This document shows positions 9,062 to 15,917 of a DNA stretch of 32,000 nt, piece after piece. Numbering within the stretch: the first letter of the stretch is position 1; the number at the start of each line of letters is the position of its first letter. Location: contig NC_013849.1 in assembly GCF_000025505.1 (NCBI RefSeq), forward strand, positions 960,001-992,000, read 5' to 3'. The position numbers were made by a program, and so were the translations under genes. Source of the DNA: Ferroglobus placidus DSM 10642 (GTDB lineage Archaea > Halobacteriota > Archaeoglobi > Archaeoglobales > Archaeoglobaceae). The notes beneath the pieces were generated by a model. It was given only the letters and a program-made list of their open reading frames with translations. It was not told the origin of the DNA and ran no database searches.

Positions 9062-9234
9062 GTCTTCACAAAAATTTCATCGTGAATAAAAACCTCTCGA
9101 TTCAAGCCCCTTTATGACTTAGATACGCTGAAATCGCAAAAAGAACAGGAAGTCTCGATTACCAAAGAGTTCCTCAGTCACCTCCACAATTATTTTCATA
9201 ACTCCATTCAATCGAACATTACACTCAAAAGAGA

Positions 9235-9240
9235 TTTATA
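9235..9240 (+). promoter_or_regulatory. TATA box for tRNA-His
   Basis: tttata preceded by purine-rich aaaagaga (BRE-like), 26 nt upstream of the tRNA 5' end. Confidence 0.5.
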
Positions 9241-9266
9241 CCCAAAGCTCAAATTGACATACGACT

Positions 9267-9339
9267 GGCCCGGATGGGGTAGTGGTTATCCTCTGGGACT
9301 GTGGATCCCAGGAGCCGGGTTCGAATCCCGGTCCGGGCC
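9267..9339 (+). tRNA. tRNA-His (anticodon GUG) with genome-encoded G-1; no encoded CCA
   Basis: Cloverleaf folded by hand. Acceptor GCCCGGA/TCCGGGC with G-1 (9267) opposite C73. D-loop AGTGGTTA. Anticodon arm TGGGA-CTGTGGA-TCCCA. T-arm CCGGG-TTCGAAT-CCCGG. Confidence 0.95.
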
Positions 9340-9703
9340 CTAATAAGGTTGTCCGAAGCACGGAAACAAACTTTGACACCTTAAATAACTCTTTTTCCAA
9401 TTAATTCGTGTTGGGTTTGGTTGGGAGGGTTGTTTTAAATAGCAGAGAAAACAAACAAATCAGAGAAAAAATTCGGGGATAATTTGTTAACATTCCAGAG
9501 ATTACTAAGCAAAGGAGGCCAGCGAATGTCCTAGCTTTCGTCTTTTTTGTTGAAGTATTGAGGAGGATATCAAAATAGAAGTAAAGAAGAAGAATGGAAG
9601 AAATGTTGAATCTGAAATTGTTAAGAAGAAAGCCGTAGAGGTGATAACATGAGAGATTCTCATTTCTAAGAGATTGTGTCATGCTTGCAGTAGAGATGAA
9701 TAA

Positions 9704-10510
9704 CTAAATCAATTCCGCTCTGCGCAAAGCATCCTTTAGATCTACCCATCCTTTTCCGATTTCTGCCCTTATCAGCCAGTGGATCTCACTTAAAAGCAGA
9801 CCGTATCCTTTATTACCCAGTACACCCTTTGCGTTATAAAGTTTTAAAGTATTGCTGATTTCCCAAGTCGACTTAAACGCGGCCCTGTAGCCTATTTTCC
9901 CCTCTATGAAGGCTATGTCTGCCCCAAGCAAAAATAGATTTTTGTAGAATTCCCAGTAATGTTCATTTTTATCACTTGGCAGTTTTAAAGAAGAGTAGTA
10001 CAGGTTATTGTAGGAATCAACAAGAGGGACATAAGACATCGTCTTCCTAGCAACCTTTAGTTTCTCGTAGTACTCTCTTGAGACCTTAATTTTCGGTATC
10101 TCGGTTTTAAAATGCTCATTTATAGTCTCTATAATGTGATTTATCCTATAGGTTTGTCTTTTGAAGGTCTCATAGTCTTCAAAAAGTGTGTCGTTAATCG
10201 GACCACCTATGTCTTCCTTTATTATTTTGGCAAGGTCATCTGCTAGCATCTTTGAATCATTTGGTATCGTAATGTCTTCGGTCAGAGCTTGAAAGTAGAA
10301 ATTAAAAAGTATAATTCTCTCTTTCAAGTCTTTAAATAGATCATAAACGATTTCTTGGTTGAAACCTCTCTTACTTGCAAGTTCAATTAGTTTTTCTTTC
10401 ATCACTTCAGCAGTGTTTGCGGTCTGATCTATCAACTTTTCCTTAATCTGTTGTTGAGAACAGCCTGAAATAAGTATAGAAACAAGAACTAGGACCAATA
10501 GAGTTCTCAT
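9704..10510 (-). CDS. Hypothetical lipoprotein / secreted helical protein (orphan)
   Basis: Signal peptide with lipobox MRTLLVLVLVSILISGC. The remainder is K/E/L/Y-rich and I recognise no family. Confidence 0.6.
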   Translation of the reverse strand: MRTLLVLVLVSILISGCSQQQIKEKLIDQTANTAEVMKEKLIELASKRGFNQEIVYDLFKDLKERIILFNFYFQALTEDITIPNDSKMLADDLAKIIKEDIGGPINDTLFEDYETFKRQTYRINHIIETINEHFKTEIPKIKVSREYYEKLKVARKTMSYVPLVDSYNNLYYSSLKLPSDKNEHYWEFYKNLFLLGADIAFIEGKIGYRAAFKSTWEISNTLKLYNAKGVLGNKGYGLLLSEIHWLIRAEIGKGWVDLKDALRRAELI

Positions 10511-10782
10511 AGCTTTTTTGCTTTTCTTAGGATCAGATCATAATTCTCCTTAGGAATTTCTCTCATAGCTTTGCTCTGAATACATCCTGTCTTATTTTTG
10601 TCCACTAATACTTCTGAGGTTACCTTATAAGCAGCAAAAAATCCTTCTTTCTATTGACTTCCCAATTCCTCCCCTCACCCGTAACACAAAGCCAATACAA
10701 CATTTCAAACACCATACAATCCTTGAAGTTGATTAACTTTTTTGTTGTGGGGCCTAACTCGAACCCCCAACTACATATCGTA

Positions 10783-11250
10783 CTACCTACTTTCCCTAAT
10801 TTCTTTAATCTTTATGGAACTCCCTAAGAGTCTCTTTAAGTCTCGTCTCAAAAAATGTACTTGCTCTGGAGGTATGTTGAACTCTTTTGAGATCTTAAGC
10901 AACTTATCAAGATACTCAAGTTCTTTAATCGCTAAATCTTTACTTTTTAGGTCTATTTCTTTTTTGATATTTAAAATTTCTAAAAACATCTTTACTGCTC
11001 TCAACAAAGCTGTAGCTGTTAATACGATCTCCAATGGTGAATCCTTTGACATTTTCCTTATTTTTAATTCCAAACCTCTCGGCAATCTCCTCCATCTTCT
11101 ATAAAAGTCGGGACTATACAAAATTGGTTGATGCGGATTCTCTTTAATCATGACACATCTATCATAAAGAAAAGCTAAGTCAACAAGAAATTCGGATAAA
11201 TCTCTCACAGAAAGTTCCTCATCCACCTCACAAATCAGAGTTATTTCCAT
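10783..11250 (-). CDS. Hypothetical protein, 155 aa (acidic N-terminus, basic centre, coiled-coil-like C-terminal half)
   Basis: A GAGGTG Shine-Dalgarno lies 6 nt upstream of the ATG. The gene starts 14 nt downstream of the 69-aa ORF. I recognise no motif. Confidence 0.55.
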   Translation of the reverse strand: MEITLICEVDEELSVRDLSEFLVDLAFLYDRCVMIKENPHQPILYSPDFYRRWRRLPRGLELKIRKMSKDSPLEIVLTATALLRAVKMFLEILNIKKEIDLKSKDLAIKELEYLDKLLKISKEFNIPPEQVHFLRRDLKRLLGSSIKIKEIRESR

Positions 11251-11264
11251 ACCGACACCTCACA

Positions 11265-11474
11265 TTATCTCAAACCTTTTCTTTGGAATTCTCCCGGCTC
11301 AAGTATGTGTAACCAAAACAGGTATGAATAGACTCTCGATACACTTATTCCTCGGGCTATTAAATCATAGGCAAAATCCTGAATTGTAAAAAAGCTTTCC
11401 AGAAAGTTCGTTTCGTTCTTTGATAATGTTCCCCCATATTTCCTCTCGTCGTCATGAAATACCATTGCTGTCAC
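11265..11474 (-). CDS. Hypothetical protein, 69 aa
   Basis: A strong GGAGGTGA Shine-Dalgarno lies 5 nt upstream of the ATG, with AT-rich TATA-like boxes further upstream. I recognise no motif. Confidence 0.45.
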   Translation of the reverse strand: MTAMVFHDDERKYGGTLSKNETNFLESFFTIQDFAYDLIARGISVSRVYSYLFWLHILEPGEFQRKGLR

Positions 11475-12234
11475 CTCCAGCAGGACTAACTTTTATATTT
11501 CAGCCATACTGTCATCCCTCGCTAGTTCCCTATATTTATTTTAGCAACTATCTTCCAAGCAGTATTTAAATAGTTTGATCAGTCTGAATTTTCCCCTCCT
11601 ACAAGCTCAAAAAGTTCTGTGTTTCCCACTTGGATTTCCAATTCTGTGCTTCCATCTCTAAATCCGGTTTTATTTTTCACAACTCATAAAAATTAGTATT
11701 TATTACAAATTTTTTATAAACAAAATAAATAAACTTATATGAATTTCCTAAAATATTCCGAAGTAATCAGGGAGTAATCACAATTTCCTCTGTCTACGAT
11801 CATCTATCTGAATTTAAACAATATGGCTTCGTAACGCATACAATTTCTGAATGTCGTAAAGTCTCTTCTCTCACCGAAAAAGTCAAACATTTAAATCGCC
11901 CATTCTTTTTCAGCTATTTTGCTCCTAATTCCAAAGCCGCTTTGTAGTCAATCAGCTACTTTTCAGTTAAGAATTTGTCAGAAGTCTCCAATGTATTTCC
12001 CTTAAACCAACTAAAAACAGTCTATCATCGTAAAATGAAATCGTGCTTTTCTCATCTTCTAAGAGTCGAAGGATTTGATCTACTCTAAGAATTCCCATTT
12101 TCTTAAGCCTCTTTACAGCAATTCCCGCGAGCGAGAAGAAAAACAGCTTCTGCTCCTCTTAATCTAAGCAAAAGAGAAGTTTGTTTTAGCTGGGGAATCG
12201 AATTAAACCAATAAGGAATGAGACGTTTTCGAGA

Positions 12235-12735
12235 CTATATACCTAAGCGCGCTCTTAGCCATCGATTGTACTCTTCGAAGATTTCTTCTGGAATGGGGTT
12301 TACAACTGGAACGTCTCTCACCTTTCGCATTAGCTTTAAATCGACAGTGTAAATTGTGGCTTTGAACATTTTAGCTAATGCTACAATGTATCCATCCCAA
12401 GACTCGACGTTGTAACCTAAAGCATTCGTTAGCGAATCTAATGCAGCATCAACGCTAATATCTTCGTAAAAAGCCGGGGATCTGGTTTTCAGACTTCTAG
12501 TGAGGGCTTCGTACGCTGATACTTTTTCTACTTTTAAATATCTTGTCAAAATGTGGTAAGCGCCCAAGATTGCTGACGTGGGGATTATACACTTCTTCTT
12601 CCACTTTAGAACATCCGATAAAAATTCGAGTACAAAATCTTTGGCTGGATTCTCAAAGTGAGATATCTCTATTAACCCAACATCCACTACTCCTTCAATC
12701 CGATCTTTTCCAAACTGTACTTTCTCGTTATCCAT
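12235..12735 (-). CDS. vapC: PIN-domain ribonuclease toxin (VapC-like)
   Basis: PIN acidic residues in GVVDVGLIE, ESWDGYIVALA and TVDLKL. A GAGGAGG Shine-Dalgarno lies 7 nt upstream of ATG 12735. It follows the AbrB-type antitoxin gene. Confidence 0.75.
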   Translation of the reverse strand: MDNEKVQFGKDRIEGVVDVGLIEISHFENPAKDFVLEFLSDVLKWKKKCIIPTSAILGAYHILTRYLKVEKVSAYEALTRSLKTRSPAFYEDISVDAALDSLTNALGYNVESWDGYIVALAKMFKATIYTVDLKLMRKVRDVPVVNPIPEEIFEEYNRWLRARLGI

Positions 12736-12959
12736 TTATCTTCCTCCTCGACTTCAGAGACAAAAGCTTTCGGTGCGTTATTCTTCAAAAATTCAATCAA
12801 ATCGTCCACTTTTTTCTCAAGATCTTCCCTATAAACTCCAATCACTATCTCGTCCTCCCTTACACTCAGCGTAAGCTCGGAGTTCTCGTGAATGCTGAGT
12901 ATTTCCCTAATCTCCCTCGGCAGGACTATTCTCCCATACCTGTCAACCCTCACTTTCAC
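12687..12959 (-). CDS. vapB: AbrB/SpoVT-fold antitoxin (VapB-like)
   Basis: The N-terminus MKVRVDRYGRIVLPREIRE is the swapped-hairpin AbrB/MazE signature. GTG start with a TATA 21 nt upstream. Confidence 0.8.
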   Translation of the reverse strand: MKVRVDRYGRIVLPREIREILSIHENSELTLSVREDEIVIGVYREDLEKKVDDLIEFLKNNAPKAFVSEVEEEDKWITRKYSLEKIGLKE

Positions 12960-12980
12960 GTTATACCATTAGATTGGAAA

Positions 12981-12988
12981 TTTATAAA
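12981..12988 (-). promoter_or_regulatory. TATA box for the vapBC operon (leaderless start)
   Basis: tttataaa lies 21 nt upstream of the vapB GTG at 12959. Confidence 0.4.
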
Positions 12989-13501
12989 GTCTTTGGCAAA
13001 TGGTAAGTTCAATGGCAAAGATTATTAAGTGAACTGCTCGAATATAGCGGTTTGTTCACAATCAGCAATTCTCCTTTGCTCACTCTTCGTACCTTCATCT
13101 TTGAATATCGTCACTATGTTTCTCCACCCAAAGCTTTCTCCCTCTATTAATCTCTCCGGCTCGTAAGTTGTACAGCAACCTCTTCTTTCTTTGATATAAC
13201 TCCTGAACTAATCAACACTTTTCAGGTAGCTGTATTTACATATGCATCCTAAGTAATTTACTCAAAAATAAATAAATTATTTAAGGCTTGCAAATCTTGA
13301 AAACAACATTCCACAAATAGGGACTTCAGAGGAAAATACGAATTATTTCAAAGCGAGAATGTAAGAGATCTCTGCGGATGGACTTTCGCAGTTTAAGAAC
13401 TCCTACAAGAGTTTGACGTCCATATCGATTCTTCTGAAGACCCTTTCGTTTTAAATCCGATAAACCCGAGGAATACAAGGAGGTTGTTAAGTACCCAGTT
13501 T

Positions 13502-14056
13502 TTATCCAAAAATAGAATTCAGCTCGTTTAAAAACCATTTAATGTAATTCCTCACTCCTCGTTCACGAAGCTTAATTGCTTTTTTAGCCAATCTGTGAAT
13601 TTCGAAGCTGCGTTCTTCGTAAAATTCAATACCAGCGCTCAAAAACTTTTTCGAGTTCGGCAGCTTTTTAAGCTCCACGCTAAGGTAATAAGAAGGAGCG
13701 ACCAAATCTGGATGTCTTGCGTAAGTCCATATCTCGCAGGCTTTTTCACCCTTCGGAATTCGCTGGGTGTACAGAAAAGAATACTCGGTTTTCAAAGCCT
13801 TCGACCTAACCTTTTCCTGCTGCCACTGAATGAGGTGAGTTACTTCGTGAGCTACGGTATGATAAAGAATCCTTTTCGGTTTTTTTAGGATGATGGGGTT
13901 CAAAGCGATTTTCCAGTCTCGCAAGTACTTCCCGTAAGCTGAGCCGGTGTAGTAAAGTAAAACGCCGTCAATTTCTGGAAAGTAGCGTTTGATAACTTTT
14001 TTAACTTCTTCTTCAAGCTTTTTCGGGATTCTTTTTGACTTAACAACGACCCGCAT
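13502..14056 (-). CDS. Putative zinc metalloprotease, HExxH (SprT/DUF45-like)
   Basis: LYHTVAHEVTHLIQW contains HExxH in a SprT-like context. The protein is basic and has no signal peptide. Its ATG directly abuts the upstream stop (TGAATG). Confidence 0.6.
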   Translation of the reverse strand: MRVVVKSKRIPKKLEEEVKKVIKRYFPEIDGVLLYYTGSAYGKYLRDWKIALNPIILKKPKRILYHTVAHEVTHLIQWQQEKVRSKALKTEYSFLYTQRIPKGEKACEIWTYARHPDLVAPSYYLSVELKKLPNSKKFLSAGIEFYEERSFEIHRLAKKAIKLRERGVRNYIKWFLNELNSIFG

Positions 14057-14599
14057 TCAAACGATTTTCTCAAGCTTCGCTAATATCAACCCGCTTTCGA
14101 TATCTATAACTTCCACCTGTACGACGTCGCCTCTTTCAAGCTTTACGCTATCGCTTTTTATTCTGAAACCGATGAACTCTCCGGAAGAGAAATAGCCGTC
14201 GCTACTTTTGTGAAGTTCTCCAAGAACAGTGTAGCCGAGATCCGACTCATCAATAATGTCGTCTCCGCTGCAAAACGCTTCCGAGAAATTATTTACTGGA
14301 AATCCCTGACACGCTACTTGTTTTAAAAGCTCTCCATCTCTATATATCTTTACCACGAGCTTTACTTTTCCCACGTATATGCTATCTCCACCGTTGTTGT
14401 AGATCTTTACTATTTGAGAGGTGTTACCCAATCCGGCTTCGTGTGGAGTTATCTTCTCGCTTATCCCCAGAACTGCGAATATCGGCTCTTTTAGCTTCGA
14501 GAAGTCTATACCCGAATAAAACATCGCAGATAACAAAACAGTAATAGCGAGTGCTAAGAGTACTCCGAAGGTTGGGGTTAAAGCTTTATCTTCTTTCAT
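14057..14599 (-). CDS. Archaeal type IV pilin-like protein (class III signal peptide, DUF1628-like N-terminus)
   Basis: The N-terminus MKEDKALTPTFGVLLALAITVLLSA matches the archaeal pilin pattern [AG][VL][ST]P[VT][IF]G...L..AIT[VL][IL]L. A beta-rich domain follows. Confidence 0.7.
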   Translation of the reverse strand: MKEDKALTPTFGVLLALAITVLLSAMFYSGIDFSKLKEPIFAVLGISEKITPHEAGLGNTSQIVKIYNNGGDSIYVGKVKLVVKIYRDGELLKQVACQGFPVNNFSEAFCSGDDIIDESDLGYTVLGELHKSSDGYFSSGEFIGFRIKSDSVKLERGDVVQVEVIDIESGLILAKLEKIV

Positions 14600-14678
14600 T
14601 TTAGAAAACTACCTTCGAAGAGTATAATAACTTTCTCATCGGATATCTTTATTAACTTCTACTGTTCAAAATTCAAAC

Positions 14679-14885
14679 ATGGAGGACATGAACAAGGCTA
14701 TTTTGAGGGCTCTCGCAGAAATTGGAAGAGCAGCTTCATCCAAGGAAATAGCGGAAAAGCTTGGAGTCCCGACGAGCAAGGTAAGCTGCAGATTAGCTCC
14801 GCTGAAAAAGAAAGGGCTGATAGAATCTCCGGAAAAAGGAAAGTGGGTAATAACCGAAGAGGGTAAGAAGGCTATCGAAGCATGA
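14679..14885 (+). CDS. Small stand-alone winged-helix protein (68 aa)
   Basis: ILRALAEIGRAASSKEIAEKLGVPTSKVSCRLAPLKKKGLIE...WVITEEGKKAI. It overlaps btpA by 4 nt (ATGA). A TATA-like ctttattaa lies about 23 nt upstream. Confidence 0.6.
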   Translation: MEDMNKAILRALAEIGRAASSKEIAEKLGVPTSKVSCRLAPLKKKGLIESPEKGKWVITEEGKKAIEA

Positions 14886-15631
14886 AGGTCATAGTTTCTC
14901 TTCATTTAAAACCACTTCCCGGCTCTCCAAATTTTTTAAACTTCGAAGACTGTATAGATCATGCTGTTAGAAATGCTATTTTAATCGAAAACTGCGGAGC
15001 AGATGCGATAATAATAGAGAACTTCAACGATAAGCCTTTTTTCATGAAAGCACCTCCTGAAACGATCGCTTCCATGAGCGTTATTGTGAGAGAAGTAATC
15101 AGAGAGGTTAGCATTCCGGTAGGAGTAAACGTTTTGAGAAATGATGGTGTAGCTGCTTTAGCAATAGCAAAAGCTGCCGGAGCTAAATTTGTTAGAGTTA
15201 ATCAGATGATATTTCCGGCAGCAATGCCAGAAGGTTTCGCAAAACCCATCGCAGCGAAGATGGCGAGGTACAAAAGACTTCTTAACTGCGACGCTAAGAT
15301 ATTCGCAGATATCTCCGTCAAACATTCCGTGCAGCTTGCGAAAATCGAAGACTTCGTTGACAATATCGACAGAGCTTACTGCGATGCGGTAATCGTGACT
15401 GGAAAGAAGACTGGCAAGCCTCCAGAGGCAAGTACTTTAAGAAAAATAAAGGAACTCGTGGACGTGCCGGTAATTCTCGGAAGCGGAGCCACTCCCGAAA
15501 ACCTGAGAAAGTACGAGGCTGATGGAGTTATAGTCGGAACTTACGTGAAGGAAGGAGAAGAATACTCCTGCGAAAAGTTAAAGCGAGTTGTTTCCGAGGC
15601 TAAAAAGCTTGGAGGAGAGTTAGATTTATAG
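14882..15631 (+). CDS. btpA: BtpA/SgcQ-family TIM-barrel protein
   Basis: N-terminal VIVSLHLKPLPGSPNF, then IIIENFNDKPF, GVNVLRND and SGATPEN, typical of the BtpA family. Confidence 0.85.
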   Translation: MKVIVSLHLKPLPGSPNFLNFEDCIDHAVRNAILIENCGADAIIIENFNDKPFFMKAPPETIASMSVIVREVIREVSIPVGVNVLRNDGVAALAIAKAAGAKFVRVNQMIFPAAMPEGFAKPIAAKMARYKRLLNCDAKIFADISVKHSVQLAKIEDFVDNIDRAYCDAVIVTGKKTGKPPEASTLRKIKELVDVPVILGSGATPENLRKYEADGVIVGTYVKEGEEYSCEKLKRVVSEAKKLGGELDL

Positions 15632-15698
15632 CTCCTTTGGTATTACGCACCATTACGGGAAAAGGGTTAAATAACTTTAAAACTTAACGGTGTTAAGT

Positions 15699-15917
15699 AT
15701 GAAGAAAGTTGATTGCATTGGGTTGTTCTGCCCCATGCCCCTTTACATGACGAGGAAAGCCGTAGAGGAAGCTGAAAAAGGTGAAATTATAGAAGTTCTC
15801 GCCGATGATCCGGCAGCTAAGAAAGATATTCCGGAGTGGGCTGAGAGGATGGGGCATGAGGTACTGGAAATAGAAGAGAAGGATGGAATTTACAGAATCG
15901 TGATTAGGAAGGGGTGA
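15699..15917 (+). CDS. tusA: TusA/SirA-like sulfur carrier protein
   Basis: [17 protein letters not shown] (CPxP active-site motif) in a protein of about 72 aa. ATG at 15699; the track uses GTG 15690. Confidence 0.85.
   Translation: MKKVDCIGLFCPMPLYMTRKAVEEAEKGEIIEVLADDPAAKKDIPEWAERMGHEVLEIEEKDGIYRIVIRKG

Noticed and set aside
9119-9199. A 26-codon minus-strand ORF (MKIIVEVTEELFGNRDFLFFLRFQRI) upstream of the ZIP transporter gene.
   Set aside because: It is very short, has only a weak and too-close TGGAG upstream, and shows no other support. It is indistinguishable from chance without comparative data.
7079-9339. tRNA-His lying about 0.9 kb from hisA-hisB, as a possible functional link such as T-box-like or attenuation logic.
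   Set aside because: A ZIP transporter gene on the opposite strand separates them, and the tRNA has its own TATA box. No leader structure connects them, so this is most likely coincidence.
9401-9682. A 93-aa minus-strand ORF just downstream of tRNA-His.
   Set aside because: The translation is low-complexity (runs of L/F/N/I), there is no Shine-Dalgarno or TATA context, and it lies in AT-rich sequence where random ORFs are expected.
10749-10770. A tRNA T-loop-like fragment (minus strand TGGGG-GTTCGAGTTAGG-CCCCA) that might be an att remnant or a tRNA fragment.
   Set aside because: Only the GGTTCGA core resembles a T-loop, and the flanks do not form a T-arm or acceptor stem. It does not match the tRNA-His 3' end, and it is in the opposite orientation to what an attR repeat would require. 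It may simply be a hairpin 13 nt after the 155-aa ORF stop.
13326-13538. A 70-aa minus-strand ORF overlapping the 3' end of the HExxH gene.
   Set aside because: It overlaps a better-supported gene in another frame, has no ribosome-binding context, and its composition is not protein-like.
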